Below are positions 38,894 to 49,952 of a DNA stretch of 64,000 nt, piece after piece. The notes under the pieces were generated by a model. It searched no databases, was not told the origin of the DNA, and was given only the letters and a program-made list of their open reading frames with translations. The stretch is from positions 2,409-66,408 of the IMG/VR virus record IMGVR_UViG_3300030104_004476. One strand, 5' to 3'. The DNA comes from a virus. Position numbers and translations under genes: made by a program. Every line of letters begins with the position of its first letter. The first letter of the stretch is position 1.

Positions 38894-39748
38894 TTAATTA
38901 TTTAATCTTTTTTCAATATTGGAGTATATCTCCATCCCTTCATCAGTCTTAAACCAAGCGGCTAAAGCAGTATAAGGGTGCTCGTCAAACGGAACATTCA
39001 TTAACTTTCTGTTGTTAGAACCCCAAGAAAAAGTTCTTTGATCAGAAGATAATTTAATGATACCAAGTTCGGTAGCTTTAATACCAAAGTTTCTAAGTTG
39101 AACATTGTCATCAGAAGCTAACTCTAAAAACAAAGCAGGATTATTTCTAGCAAACACTAGTAAATCTCTTTTAAGTTCTTTAGAGCTCATCTTAGATACC
39201 TCAGAACCTTTTTCTACACGTATAATAGCTTCAGCCATATCAATATCCATTTCTCTAGCAGCTAAAATAGCGTCAGCTTCCATTTCCAACGTTTCTATTT
39301 GTGTTTCAGCTACAGCTTCAGGTTTGTGTTCATAAAAAATATTTCCACTGTGAGGGTGATACAAAGATAAAAGTTTTTGTAAAACTGTTTTTTGTTTTTC
39401 TACAAACAACACTCCGTTTCTAAAAACAACATGCTCTAATCTTTGGTCTCCTTGCATTTCATCAACAAAAGGAGTTCTTTGATTTTGACAATACTTAAGT
39501 TCTCTTTCGTAACCTTTTTCTTCGTCAAAATAATATATGCCATTTGTTCTTAGCATATACGATAACGGTTTCTTATTTCCTTTCAAATAATAAACTCTAT
39601 CTTTTATTTCCCAACTAGGTTTTTTAGGTTCAACTTTTTTAGATTCAACTTTTTTAGGTTCAACTTTTTTAGGTTTTGCTGTTTCAACAACTGGTGTTTC
39701 AACAACAGGTACATCTACCTCTTTTTTTGTTTCTTGTTTTTTAGCCAT
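38894..39748 (-). CDS. Conserved protein downstream of capsid gene
   Basis: Long ORF with low-complexity N-terminus (PVVET, KKVEP repeats). Confidence 0.7.
   Translation of the reverse strand: MAKKQETKKEVDVPVVETPVVETAKPKKVEPKKVESKKVEPKKPSWEIKDRVYYLKGNKKPLSYMLRTNGIYYFDEEKGYERELKYCQNQRTPFVDEMQGDQRLEHVVFRNGVLFVEKQKTVLQKLLSLYHPHSGNIFYEHKPEAVAETQIETLEMEADAILAAREMDIDMAEAIIRVEKGSEVSKMSSKELKRDLLVFARNNPALFLELASDDNVQLRNFGIKATELGIIKLSSDQRTFSWGSNNRKLMNVPFDEHPYTALAAWFKTDEGMEIYSNIEKRLNN
39620..39675. repeat. 15-bp tandem repeat (about 3.7 units) encoding KKVEP/KKVES
   Basis: TTTTTTAGGTTCAAC units. Confidence 0.85.
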
Positions 39749-39769
39749 AATATAATATATAATAAAATT

Positions 39770-39808
39770 AATAAAATAAAAGGCCGAGGCCGAAGCCCCG
39801 GTCTTTTA
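39770..39808 (-). terminator. Intrinsic terminator after major capsid gene
   Basis: Minus strand AAAGACCGGGGC-TTCG-GCCTCGGCCTTTT then T-rich tail. Confidence 0.8.
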
Positions 39809-39816
39809 AAAATAGT

Positions 39817-41307
39817 TTACTTCATCAACATAAAGTTGTTAGCACCTTGAGTGATCAAACATCTTTCAGTTAAGAAATGTAATTGCATCGCATCTAAAGC
39901 AGATGTAGAAGCACCAACAGAACCAGTAACCCAAGTTTTCATTCTTCGGTCATCAGTTTGTGAAGCGCGGTAACGAACGTGTAAGAACGGACGTTTTATG
40001 CTACTACCTACAGTTTGATCATAAACTGAAGAAGTACCAGCAGGAATCATAACTCCTCTGATAGCATTAGCGCTAGCAGCGTCATTAATACCACCTCTTG
40101 TTGCTTTGTCATTTAAGTATCTGAAGTCAGACTTGTAGAAGTCATAAGATCCACGACGGAATCCAGTAAAACCTAAATTTAAAGCCATATCTTCAGAGTT
40201 GTCAAATACACCGTAAGATGTACCACCAGCTCCGTAAGAATTCATAGAAGCTAACATGTCATCAATAGCCAAGCTTGTAGCACGGTTAACGAACATCATG
40301 TATTCTTCAATAGCACCTTGCTTGTCAAATTCAGCAAGTATTGCATCAAACTCAGCTAAGTCAGTAGCAGCATTAACACCAGTTACACCAGAAGTAACAT
40401 TACCTCTTGAAGTAATAGCAGCAAATAAACCTTGAGTACCAGTTGAATCACCAGCAGTTCCCAAGAAATTATCAACAGCGTCAGTACCATGAACACCAAG
40501 CTCACCTTCTAACATTGCCATTTCAATATAATCAGTGAAACGAGCACGAGTATCAGCTTCAGCTTTCAAGTACCATAAGTAACCTGATTGTCCAGCTTCA
40601 GTAGATACTTCAACCCAACCAATTCTAGATGCATCAGAACCTGATACTTCGTAGTAATCTTTCATTATAATTGGCTTGTTAGTATAAGATTTAAAGCTTG
40701 GCTCGTTAGCGCCTCTAGTGTCAGCTTCAGCTGCAGCAGCACTAAGGTATTTTTTACCTTTTGCATATTCTGAACCATAAACCATAATAACACAATCAGT
40801 TTTTGCATCAGTAATTGCAGAACAATCAGCTACACCATAAGGCGCTAGTTCTACAACGTTACCATCAACCTCAGTAACTAAAGCTTTAATAACAGATTCT
40901 GGGTTAGCAACGATAACAGTATCGTTAACTCTAATACCATGTGAACCTGAAGTATAATCAGCGTTAGTGTCAATATGATCAGTAATAGTAACTTTACCAC
41001 CATTAAGTGATCCGTTAATATTACCATTGTTGTCAGTCATTGTACATGTATATGAAAGATGTAATCTTCCTTGTTCAGACCATACTACTTGATCAGCAGT
41101 CATAGCCTCTTCAGCACCTACTTGAGATAAGAAACCTGAAATAGTTCTCGGTCCGAAAACTTCAGCTTCTTTTTCCATTAGGTCTGGTACGTATTGTTGA
41201 CCCCAACCTGCGTTTGAAGCAGATGAAAGGTCTAAATAGTTTGTAGATAGTGTTTGCTGTATTGAAGCAGGTGTACTATTCAACAAACCTCCTGCAGTAA
41301 TTGCCAT
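39817..41307 (-). CDS. Major capsid protein
   Basis: 496 aa after portal and scaffold; WSEQGRLH motif; biased codon usage; followed by terminator. Confidence 0.85.
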   Translation of the reverse strand: MAITAGGLLNSTPASIQQTLSTNYLDLSSASNAGWGQQYVPDLMEKEAEVFGPRTISGFLSQVGAEEAMTADQVVWSEQGRLHLSYTCTMTDNNGNINGSLNGGKVTITDHIDTNADYTSGSHGIRVNDTVIVANPESVIKALVTEVDGNVVELAPYGVADCSAITDAKTDCVIMVYGSEYAKGKKYLSAAAAEADTRGANEPSFKSYTNKPIIMKDYYEVSGSDASRIGWVEVSTEAGQSGYLWYLKAEADTRARFTDYIEMAMLEGELGVHGTDAVDNFLGTAGDSTGTQGLFAAITSRGNVTSGVTGVNAATDLAEFDAILAEFDKQGAIEEYMMFVNRATSLAIDDMLASMNSYGAGGTSYGVFDNSEDMALNLGFTGFRRGSYDFYKSDFRYLNDKATRGGINDAASANAIRGVMIPAGTSSVYDQTVGSSIKRPFLHVRYRASQTDDRRMKTWVTGSVGASTSALDAMQLHFLTERCLITQGANNFMLMK

Positions 41308-41335
41308 AATTTTGTAATTTTAAATGTTAAATTAA

Positions 41336-42538
41336 TTATTTGTTTTTTCTAATTTTAAACTTGTAATCAGAAGAATCATTACCTACAACTCTAACTTTAA
41401 CGCCGCTTGCCTCAAACGTTTTATGGTTTTGACGTGGTGACATATCTACGTTTTTAGATTTAGCAACACTTTGTTTTAAAGCATCAGCTTTACCTTGTTC
41501 GTAGAAGTGTTGAGCTATAATATCAGCATTCATAGCTGCGTGAAGTGCTTTATGATAACCTTTAGCATCTGACATTGTACCATCTTCATTCAAAAACTTT
41601 TTGACAAAGTTGTTAATGTCGCTTTGAGTATTTTTCACTTCTACAGCATTTTTAACATTAAATCTATACTTTTTTTCTCCGACTTTATATTCAAAACCTT
41701 TGAATTTGTCGTTAAAGACATTAGCTGTCTTTTTATCAAAAACAGATTTAGCTGTTTTTTGCTGAGCTTGAGTTTCCTCCGACTCCTTGTTGTAACGATT
41801 GAAAAAATCTACAGCTTTTTGTTGCTCAGTCGTGAGCTTCGATCCAGCTTTGATTTCTTCGTAATATTTAGACTTTTGCCCGTCTAAGTAGGCTTTAGCC
41901 TCGGCAACTTGCTCTTTTAAGGCTATTTTCTTTTTTCTAATATCTTTCTCATCATCTTCTTCTTCATTATATGAGAAGTTTTCTTCCATTAAGAAAGCTC
42001 TTTCTTCTGCATCTAGATGAGGTTTTGTTATTTTGTAATATTCTTGCAACGCTGTAAGATTATCCATTTTATTATAATCTTGGTTTAATCTTACGTAATC
42101 ATTAATATCACCACCTGTTTCCTCCATAAAGTCTATTAACTTTTGGATATTTTCGGGTAGTGGTTCACCAGTCTCTTCAGCTTCTGCTATTGCTTTTTCT
42201 ACAGTTTCAACTGCTTCTTCAACTTCTACTTTTTCTTCTTCGGTTATTTCTTCTACTACTGGTACCTCTTCTTGTACTTCTCCTTCCGATTGTATTTCTT
42301 CTTGTTTTTCTGCGGTGTCGGTACTTTCATCGACTCTAACCACTCCCGTGTCGTTAGCTGTATCGTCTGTAGTTTCTTTTGGTTCTTCTGGTTTTTCATC
42401 TTCTTCCGTTGCCGGTGGTTTACTTAGATCTACCTTGTATACGCTATCGTCTCCAGCAGATTCAAATTTACTTTCATCAACACTCTGTGTTGTTTCTTCT
42501 TGTTGAACTTCTTCAACGTTTTCCATTTCTTGTTCCAT
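41336..42538 (-). CDS. Capsid scaffolding protein
   Basis: Very acidic N-terminus; HFYEQGKADA; lies between portal and capsid. Confidence 0.75.
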   Translation of the reverse strand: MEQEMENVEEVQQEETTQSVDESKFESAGDDSVYKVDLSKPPATEEDEKPEEPKETTDDTANDTGVVRVDESTDTAEKQEEIQSEGEVQEEVPVVEEITEEEKVEVEEAVETVEKAIAEAEETGEPLPENIQKLIDFMEETGGDINDYVRLNQDYNKMDNLTALQEYYKITKPHLDAEERAFLMEENFSYNEEEDDEKDIRKKKIALKEQVAEAKAYLDGQKSKYYEEIKAGSKLTTEQQKAVDFFNRYNKESEETQAQQKTAKSVFDKKTANVFNDKFKGFEYKVGEKKYRFNVKNAVEVKNTQSDINNFVKKFLNEDGTMSDAKGYHKALHAAMNADIIAQHFYEQGKADALKQSVAKSKNVDMSPRQNHKTFEASGVKVRVVGNDSSDYKFKIRKNK

Positions 42539-42568
42539 AATATAAAATATAAAAAATTAAGTGTTTGT

Positions 42569-44989
42569 TTACTTAGGTTCAAATGCACCTAAATTAAATC
42601 CGCCACCAAGTATATCATTACCTGCTGACTCGAACTTTTTAGGTGAACCACCTGTTTTTCTTTGTTCTATAAGCTCACTTTGTTGTGAAGCTTGTATTTT
42701 AGTTCTTTCATCTTTACGATCTTCTTTAGATTTATCTCTATCAGACAAACCTTTTGACTCCATATTTTTAATCTGCATGTTATAGTTAAACTCTAACTCC
42801 ATTAGTTGTTTTTTCAACTCTGCTTCTTGATTTAACTTACCAGCATCCAACTGCGCTTTAAATTGTTCTAACTGCATTTTACTTTGAACTAAAGCTTGTT
42901 CTTTTTGCGCTTCAATCTGTGCAGCAGCTTGTGCAGCTTGAGTATTAGACTGAGTTTGCATTTGAATATTTTGCTGTTGAATAGCTCTATCGTTTTCTGC
43001 TTTTTGTTTTCTTCTAAGTTTTAAAAGTTGATTAGCTAGCTTTACGCTTCTTATCTCTCTAATATCAATAGCATCTTCTAAATTTATATTTTCTTTAGAT
43101 AACGCCATTTGAATATTATTTTCAAGCATAGCTTTTTCTTCTTCGTCAGGTGTTAATTCTAAGAATATACCAAAGTCGTAAAGATATAATTCTGACATTT
43201 CATCTAAAGTAGCAGCGTTGTGAACACCGATAGCTTGAATAAAAGCATCTTTTGTTGGAGAATACTCTAGTATATCGGATATTCTAAGTGATAAACATTC
43301 TGCAACTTCAGTTGTTAAATATAATCCAGATTGTAAAATGTGTCTTGTAGCAGTATTTGAATTAGCCGCAGCTATTTTCTGAATTCCAACTAAAGCGTTT
43401 TTATCAGGAGTGCTACCGTCTCTAGCTTCATTTAACCCGGTCACATCTCTAATCATTTGCAAGTAATAATTGTATGTGCTAATTAAGCTTTGCATTTTAT
43501 TACCGCCACTACCACTGGTAATTTCTTGAATAGGTACTCGACCAGGATTACCTTCACCAAGTTCGTTCATTGATCTACCGATAACTGAACCAGTTTGGAA
43601 GAACATATTTAAAGCTTCTTGCGGGTTATAGTTTGTTCCGTTACCAAGATCAACTTCTGCTAAACCATCAGCATCAAGATAAACTCCATCTGGAACCATT
43701 CTTGACATTACTTGTTGTAGTTTTAAATGAGTTAGTTGAATCATATCAGCAAAGCCAGTTATGCGTCCAACTAAAGATTCAATTTTACCATTATAAATTC
43801 TAGGAGCTACAATTTGATAATTCATTTTAACTTTAGTAAAATCACTTTTTGGTCTCATCATATTTGATACCATTTCCCATTTAAGCAATTTATCAGTACC
43901 AAGAATTAAAGCTCCATCATAAAGACACTCTACTTGTCTTTGTAGTTTTGTAAAATCACCTTCTAAGTTTTCAGGTGGATTAAATGTATCATTTTTTTCA
44001 ATAGCCTTACTAGCACCAGTTCCAGTTTCTTTTACTTTATAAACCTCGTTCATATAGGTTTTATAATTAAAATAAAGAACCGCTACTTTATTAACATCAG
44101 TTTCATTACGATTTCTTTTATAATCACTTCTATAAGGACTATTATATTTTATAATATCTTCTAACTCTTCTTCTCCTAAGTGTGGAAATTGTTTGACAAG
44201 TTCGTTAATTGGTATTTCTTTAACTTCTCCTACGTAGTATATATCGTCAAAATATGGAGAGTCTGTATGTGAATAAACAAGCTGAGCTGGATCAACATAC
44301 TCTACAACCGCACCTTGAGAAGTATTAAATGATGTTTTAGTAGCACCAATACCTAATACTGTTAGGTCGTAGAAAAATCTTTTTTTAATTTGTTCGTATC
44401 TACTACCTTCTAATAAAACGTTTATAGCTTGCTCTTCTGCTAGCTCTACAGCCTGTTTATAGTTCAACTGCATATGTAGTTGTAACTCTTCTTCTGTTTC
44501 TGGAAGTGTAGCCGGATCATTTTCATACATGTTGATACCAAAAGTAGCAGCAACTTTATCATTGTATTCTCTAGTTCTCATGTCTAATAATATAGACTCC
44601 ATGTATTCAGTGCGTTTTGCTACGCCATATGGATCTTGAGAATAAGCTTTAATATCGTAAGTTCTTTCAGCTATACCGTTTACTACTATGTCTACAAATT
44701 TAGGAATAATTGGAACAGGTTTCCAATCTAAATTAAGATACGATAAATCACCATTAATAGATAACTCATCTTTATATTTTTGAATTGATTGTTCTCCACG
44801 AGCGTAGAGTCTTAATCTGTGGAAGTCGTTTTTAATACTTCTATACCTACTGTTAGCAAAGTTTCTTTCGTTATTAAACCATTCTTGCTCTATACCTTTA
44901 GCAACTTTTAAACCGTATTCGTAACTTATTTTCTCTAAGTCACTAACTACTTGACTTGGGAAATAATTTTTTACAACTGACTCAGCCAT
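42569..44989 (-). CDS. Portal protein
   Basis: 806 aa after terminase; PIIPKFVDIVVNG; Gln-rich C-terminal coiled coil. Confidence 0.88.
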   Translation of the reverse strand: MAESVVKNYFPSQVVSDLEKISYEYGLKVAKGIEQEWFNNERNFANSRYRSIKNDFHRLRLYARGEQSIQKYKDELSINGDLSYLNLDWKPVPIIPKFVDIVVNGIAERTYDIKAYSQDPYGVAKRTEYMESILLDMRTREYNDKVAATFGINMYENDPATLPETEEELQLHMQLNYKQAVELAEEQAINVLLEGSRYEQIKKRFFYDLTVLGIGATKTSFNTSQGAVVEYVDPAQLVYSHTDSPYFDDIYYVGEVKEIPINELVKQFPHLGEEELEDIIKYNSPYRSDYKRNRNETDVNKVAVLYFNYKTYMNEVYKVKETGTGASKAIEKNDTFNPPENLEGDFTKLQRQVECLYDGALILGTDKLLKWEMVSNMMRPKSDFTKVKMNYQIVAPRIYNGKIESLVGRITGFADMIQLTHLKLQQVMSRMVPDGVYLDADGLAEVDLGNGTNYNPQEALNMFFQTGSVIGRSMNELGEGNPGRVPIQEITSGSGGNKMQSLISTYNYYLQMIRDVTGLNEARDGSTPDKNALVGIQKIAAANSNTATRHILQSGLYLTTEVAECLSLRISDILEYSPTKDAFIQAIGVHNAATLDEMSELYLYDFGIFLELTPDEEEKAMLENNIQMALSKENINLEDAIDIREIRSVKLANQLLKLRRKQKAENDRAIQQQNIQMQTQSNTQAAQAAAQIEAQKEQALVQSKMQLEQFKAQLDAGKLNQEAELKKQLMELEFNYNMQIKNMESKGLSDRDKSKEDRKDERTKIQASQQSELIEQRKTGGSPKKFESAGNDILGGGFNLGAFEPK

Positions 44990-44991
44990 AT

Positions 44992-47211
44992 TTATTGTTT
45001 AATTATTTGTGAAGTAGTACCAGTGTTTTTGTATCTAGCAATACTTATATTTAATTTTGGTTTTTCAACTTTATTATTTGGTACATACAAGTGTCTATTG
45101 CAAGCCATTATAGCTAAACCAGAACTTATAGAGGCATCAAACTTTGTTCTCTTATTTATGTCAAATTTACTCCAATCATTTAACAACTCGTTAAAGTAAA
45201 GTGTTCCATATGTACCATCTTGCAATAATCCAACATGGTCATTAATGTACATTTCAATAGCAGCTGCGTGAGCTTGCTTAATGTCTTCACTTGAGTTTGG
45301 TATACCTCCAACTTCTTTTTCTGCTGTAGATAATTTATTCCAAACTTTATCTGGTCTATTCATACTAAAACCTCTATACCCTCTTCTTCTTAAGTAGTAT
45401 AGTAATCTTGGTTTATTGTTCTCTGCAAGTATTGGCATGCCATAAAATACTAGAGCCATTAATACATCTTCAAAAAATATTTCTGCGGTTTGTGGTCTAG
45501 CTAGGTATTCTAAAAAAAATGTGTTAGCAGGAGCATTTTCCATACTAAACTTCGTTAATCCATGTAACGCTCCTTTAGAGCCTTTACCATCCACAGTACC
45601 GCTAATATCGTAACTATCACAACCGAACGCACCAACGTGTTCGTTTCCTGGGTACTTAATTCCATTTTTTAATATCACTCTATTTTGTAGGCTAGCAGGC
45701 GGTGCCCAACTTATTTTAAATCTTCCGTTAGGATCTGGATTAAAAATAACTTGTGTATCTTTTACTCCATTTGCCCATTGGAAGTTTCCTACATTTAATA
45801 CTGAAGAGTTTTTATTCCCTTCGTTATAGTCTATTTGCTCGTATATTTTAACAAGATTAAATAAGCTATTTTTTGTTTCATCTCTAAACGCGTGCTCTTC
45901 AGTTCTTGGAAACTGTCGGTAAAACTCGTTCAAAGCATCTTGATCATCTTTTAATCCATCAACTTCATTCTGCCAGTTTTCTATAACACCAACTTCTATT
46001 AGTTCACTATCTGGTCCGAACACATCATCACTTGGACTATCAAAGACTGGATTTCCGTATCTATCAATAAATCCTTCATAGTTCCACTCCATTGGGATAA
46101 ACAAAGAATATAAACCAGACTTTGTCTGTCCATTTCTATTTCGCTTTGTAACATTTGAATCATTGTAAAGCTTTTTAAAATTATCTCCTCCTTTGTCTAA
46201 AGCGTTTGATGTTGATCCCATCATACACTTGCCAATAATTCTACTACCTAATCTTAAGCACGTTTTTGTAACACGCCAGTTATTTAATATATTATCAGGT
46301 CTCTCCCACTTGCCAGATTCATCGTGTACTAATAGTGCTAATTTTTCACCATCATAACTGTTGTCACCAGTGTTCTTCCAATCTATTGTTGTATCCAATC
46401 CTTTAAGCTCTTCCAGCTTTTCTTTGGATGCTATTTTCTTACGAGTAAATTTACTCGCTGGAACTCTATACGCTAGTTCAGTTTTAGGTCGATCCATACC
46501 ATCTTGGATCGGTTTAAAAAAGAAAGGATAGTTTATAGATATAGGCACAACTTTGTCTGTAAACATCTTTTTAGCATCGCTACCTGTTTTAGATAGCATT
46601 CCATATCTACTATCACTCGAAATAGTAGCTAAGTTAACCGCTTCTGCAGAACTCATAAAAGAAAACCCTGAACGCCTATTTTTAAGATAACACATTCCGT
46701 AGCATCTTTTGTCAGCTTTACACGCTTCCCAAAATATAAAGAACAATCTGTTAGCCTCTCTAAAATCTGGAGCGCCAACATCAATTTTACTCCATTGTAA
46801 ATACATATAATGTGTTCCAACTATATAAGTATCTACTCCATTGTTTTTAAACCAAAATCCTTCTTCTCTCCGTTTGAACTCTTCATCAATATAATCATAC
46901 CATCTTTCCTTCTGCTCTTCTGGATAATCTCTCCAGTCAAATATATTTTTTAATTTAGATAATTCTTTAGGATATTTTATTTTTTCCCACTTGTTTAACT
47001 CTGTCTTATACACTTGCCCTGGCACTCTTGGCAACGCAATTCGCAAATTTTGGATTTCATATATTTCACCAATTTGTCCAGTTTTTGATATAACGATAAT
47101 ATCATGTTCTTTATTGTATCCATATTCCCATTTACGTTTTTTGTTAAGTCGACTTATTGTAGTCTTCTTAACTGGTTCAATTATTTTATATAAACTTTGC
47201 TCGTAACTCAT
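44992..47211 (-). CDS. Terminase large subunit
   Basis: KNRRSGFS Walker A-like, LVHDESGKW Walker B, GSTSN, FGCDSYD nuclease motif. Confidence 0.9.
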   Translation of the reverse strand: MSYEQSLYKIIEPVKKTTISRLNKKRKWEYGYNKEHDIIVISKTGQIGEIYEIQNLRIALPRVPGQVYKTELNKWEKIKYPKELSKLKNIFDWRDYPEEQKERWYDYIDEEFKRREEGFWFKNNGVDTYIVGTHYMYLQWSKIDVGAPDFREANRLFFIFWEACKADKRCYGMCYLKNRRSGFSFMSSAEAVNLATISSDSRYGMLSKTGSDAKKMFTDKVVPISINYPFFFKPIQDGMDRPKTELAYRVPASKFTRKKIASKEKLEELKGLDTTIDWKNTGDNSYDGEKLALLVHDESGKWERPDNILNNWRVTKTCLRLGSRIIGKCMMGSTSNALDKGGDNFKKLYNDSNVTKRNRNGQTKSGLYSLFIPMEWNYEGFIDRYGNPVFDSPSDDVFGPDSELIEVGVIENWQNEVDGLKDDQDALNEFYRQFPRTEEHAFRDETKNSLFNLVKIYEQIDYNEGNKNSSVLNVGNFQWANGVKDTQVIFNPDPNGRFKISWAPPASLQNRVILKNGIKYPGNEHVGAFGCDSYDISGTVDGKGSKGALHGLTKFSMENAPANTFFLEYLARPQTAEIFFEDVLMALVFYGMPILAENNKPRLLYYLRRRGYRGFSMNRPDKVWNKLSTAEKEVGGIPNSSEDIKQAHAAAIEMYINDHVGLLQDGTYGTLYFNELLNDWSKFDINKRTKFDASISSGLAIMACNRHLYVPNNKVEKPKLNISIARYKNTGTTSQIIKQ

Positions 47212-47483
47212 TTCGATCTGCCTTCCGCGAAACCTTTAAATACTCTGTCTTCTTTCTTTTCAGATGTCTTTCTTTCCAAAAGACTTTCTTCTTCTTGTAT
47301 ACGGTTGAGTATTTCAAATGCATCAAATATAGCTAGTTTTTTAGTAGCTGCAGCATTCTTTAGTCTATCTGCTGATATATCATCATCAGAATCTACAATA
47401 GCTTCTTTAGCTACCTTAATCAGTTCTTCAACCGCTTTGTGCCCAGCTTGGATTATACTCTTCTTCGTCTCCTTGATATTCAT
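47208..47483 (-). CDS. Probable terminase small subunit
   Basis: Helical protein overlapping the start of the large subunit. Confidence 0.55.
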   Translation of the reverse strand: MNIKETKKSIIQAGHKAVEELIKVAKEAIVDSDDDISADRLKNAAATKKLAIFDAFEILNRIQEEESLLERKTSEKKEDRVFKGFAEGRSK

Positions 47484-48018
47484 ATTTAATTGTAATAAAT
47501 TTAGATAGTGCTCTATACATCCTCACTCCATCCACAATAAACTCATAAGTTGATACAGGGTCAAAACCTACTAGATCACCAACTTCAGCTATTCCATCAG
47601 AATACTTTACAATTCCAAGTAAAGGTCTTTCTGATTCAACATTAAATTGATCAACTGCTTTTAACGGTTGAACAAAGCAGTATCCAGATATAGTTTTCCA
47701 ATTATCATTTCTTTTATATAAAAATATTTGATCTTGTTGGATTATATACTTATTATCTTTAAAGTAACTTTTACTGTTTCTTTCAACGCCTTTAACATCG
47801 TGCCATCTTCTAAAAACGTTATGATGAACTAAAATAGTATCACCTTCTTTAATATAAGTATTGTTTATTCTAGGGGTACTAAGTACTTTAGCTTCTCTAT
47901 TAACGTACTGATGATTAAAAATCTCTGTATTAACTATTAACTTTACGTCTTTAATATCAACTGTATTATTGTATCTTTCGCCTTTAGGCTCAATTACAAA
48001 ACCATATATACTTTTCAT
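47428..48018 (-). CDS. GroES-like fold hypothetical protein
   Basis: Two tandem beta units (IKEGDTILVHHN; VGDLVGF...EFIVDG). Confidence 0.45.
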   Translation of the reverse strand: MKSIYGFVIEPKGERYNNTVDIKDVKLIVNTEIFNHQYVNREAKVLSTPRINNTYIKEGDTILVHHNVFRRWHDVKGVERNSKSYFKDNKYIIQQDQIFLYKRNDNWKTISGYCFVQPLKAVDQFNVESERPLLGIVKYSDGIAEVGDLVGFDPVSTYEFIVDGVRMYRALSKFITIKYEYQGDEEEYNPSWAQSG

Positions 48019-48239
48019 TAGTATTCTAGGTTGTATTCTACAGAAACTGCCATATTTTTATTAAAGTCTTTCCAAGGTAAAACATTTTTATCTTTTCTAA
48101 TATAAACAGAAAATTTAGTTTCCTCTTCTATAATATCACAAATAGTATGACCACCATACACTTCTTGCCCCACAGCATAGTGCATAGCGTCATTTTTATA
48201 ATCTTTACCGATACTAATCTTTCTTATCAGCTTTGCCAT
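48018..48239 (-). CDS. Hypothetical protein
   Basis: Translationally coupled ORF. Confidence 0.7.
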   Translation of the reverse strand: MAKLIRKISIGKDYKNDAMHYAVGQEVYGGHTICDIIEEETKFSVYIRKDKNVLPWKDFNKNMAVSVEYNLEY

Positions 48240-48507
48240 CTTCTTCGTATTTTATAGAGCCATCTTGAATATTTACGTTTGTAGTACCGTAATCTTTTTG
48301 AAACTCCTCTTGAAGTCCTTGTAGTAAGCTCTGTAGTTCATTAGCGGTGTGCAGAATATTGTGTTTCTGCATTTCAATAGATCCTAATTCTATTTTAGTT
48401 CTATTAATTCCGCTAACAGCTTTCTGCATACGCTCTAGCTGCTGATCTGTAATTTTTTCCGCACGGGGTTTTAAGTCCACCGTTTTAGGGGTCTTTCTTT
48501 TTGCCAT
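48214..48507 (-). CDS. Coiled-coil hypothetical protein
   Basis: YG..NVNIQDGSI ending; typical leader. Confidence 0.7.
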   Translation of the reverse strand: MAKRKTPKTVDLKPRAEKITDQQLERMQKAVSGINRTKIELGSIEMQKHNILHTANELQSLLQGLQEEFQKDYGTTNVNIQDGSIKYEEDGKADKKD

Positions 48508-48547
48508 AATTTAATTTAATTTAATTTAATTTGTTATATAGTTAGCT

Positions 48548-49339
48548 TTATTGCTCAAAGCCAAGTGTTACTGTAATAGGTGTTGCGTTTATTAGCTCAT
48601 CATTATTTGCTACAGGAACCGCGTTATTTGCAGTTAATGTAATTGAAGTTTCTGCTACTGATGAAACAGTACCAAGTGCAGTATCTTGATCATGAATATA
48701 AACAATATCACCAGGTTGAAAAGCTTTTCTAGCATCTACTGTATCTACCGCTATAAGCGGTATAGTATCACCACCAGGAGCGCCAGAAGCGTAGTTTGCT
48801 AATACTCCTGTAGAGAAATCAAAAGCTCCACCAGCAAAAGCTGCTACATATAATTTGTCATATCCAACGTTTGCTCCTGAACCAGGTTGTCCTTCTATTA
48901 CTATAGGAAACTGAACACCGTTAGCACCAGCAGCGTTAGCTATAAACATAGTTCCAAAAGCACCTCCTATTACATACCCTGCTCCAGTTGCACTTGCTTC
49001 AAACTTAACAGCTCCAACATAAAGTGATGGTAACTCAAAGCATCCAGTCATAACGGAGTTTTCTTCACCTAGAGTTGTAGGCGCTGTACCGTCTGCTTGC
49101 CCTTTAGCAAAAACTAACCACCAATCTTTATTTGCTTGCGCTCCACCATCTTCACCGACCATATATGCGGTAGCGTTTACCAATTTTTTAGATCCTCTTG
49201 GAACATCTACTGCGTGCCAATCAAATAGTATATCACCAGATGCAAACGGCGCATCTGTTTTGCTACTTCCGATTAATTTAGATATGTCTCCATGTACTAA
49301 GTCGGGTTTAAATACTCTTTGAAAATATTTGCTTGCCAT
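48548..49339 (-). CDS. Probable structural protein
   Basis: Gly/Ala/Thr-rich beta protein. Confidence 0.6.
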   Translation of the reverse strand: MASKYFQRVFKPDLVHGDISKLIGSSKTDAPFASGDILFDWHAVDVPRGSKKLVNATAYMVGEDGGAQANKDWWLVFAKGQADGTAPTTLGEENSVMTGCFELPSLYVGAVKFEASATGAGYVIGGAFGTMFIANAAGANGVQFPIVIEGQPGSGANVGYDKLYVAAFAGGAFDFSTGVLANYASGAPGGDTIPLIAVDTVDARKAFQPGDIVYIHDQDTALGTVSSVAETSITLTANNAVPVANNDELINATPITVTLGFEQ

Positions 49340-49343
49340 AATT

Positions 49344-49736
49344 TTATTTTTTTACTTTTTCAAGGCTACGTCCTCCGAAGTAAGCCCCAATTACTGTTAT
49401 TAATACTAGTTGAAGAAGGTCTACGTACGAGTCCTTCACGTTAAAGTTAATTGCACCAGCATCAATAAATATTAATAGCATCGTGCATACTATTAAGAAT
49501 ACTAACGTCATTGGACGTACGTTCTTACTAAGCCATGAATCTGACTTTAAATCTGCTTCCCAACGAGCTGTGATATTCTTTTCCATCTCAACTTCGTAGT
49601 TAGCAATTAATTCTTTTATTTTTCTTTCAGCTTCGAGCTTCTCTTCTTTAGATGTAGTTAAGTTATCTAAGACTCCACCAACGTTCTTTACAAGATCAGC
49701 AGCGCCACCCGAAAACATTTTAGTTAATATACTCAT
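49344..49736 (-). CDS. Holin (GTA 3TM-like)
   Basis: DSWLSKNVRP, two TM helices, AYFGGRSLEK. Confidence 0.78.
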   Translation of the reverse strand: MSILTKMFSGGAADLVKNVGGVLDNLTTSKEEKLEAERKIKELIANYEVEMEKNITARWEADLKSDSWLSKNVRPMTLVFLIVCTMLLIFIDAGAINFNVKDSYVDLLQLVLITVIGAYFGGRSLEKVKK

Positions 49737-49951
49737 TTAGTTTTTACTTTTTCAAACGAACTAATACCAAAGCAACCTAACGTAACCCATACAAATGAAT
49801 TATAAACAACTTCATTTATAATTAAATCTTTATCAGCTAAAACGCTAGTACCAAGATCAGCTACGGCAAACAATACCATAACTACAAACGAAGCAAATCC
49901 TACTACGTTCTTTTCGTTAATTTCGTTTTTATCTTTAAATAAACTCCACAT
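49733..49951 (-). CDS. Two-TM membrane protein (lysis accessory?)
   Basis: Two hydrophobic helices; FGISSFEK ending; coupled to holin. Confidence 0.6.
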   Translation of the reverse strand: MWSLFKDKNEINEKNVVGFASFVVMVLFAVADLGTSVLADKDLIINEVVYNSFVWVTLGCFGISSFEKVKTK

Positions 49952-49952
49952 A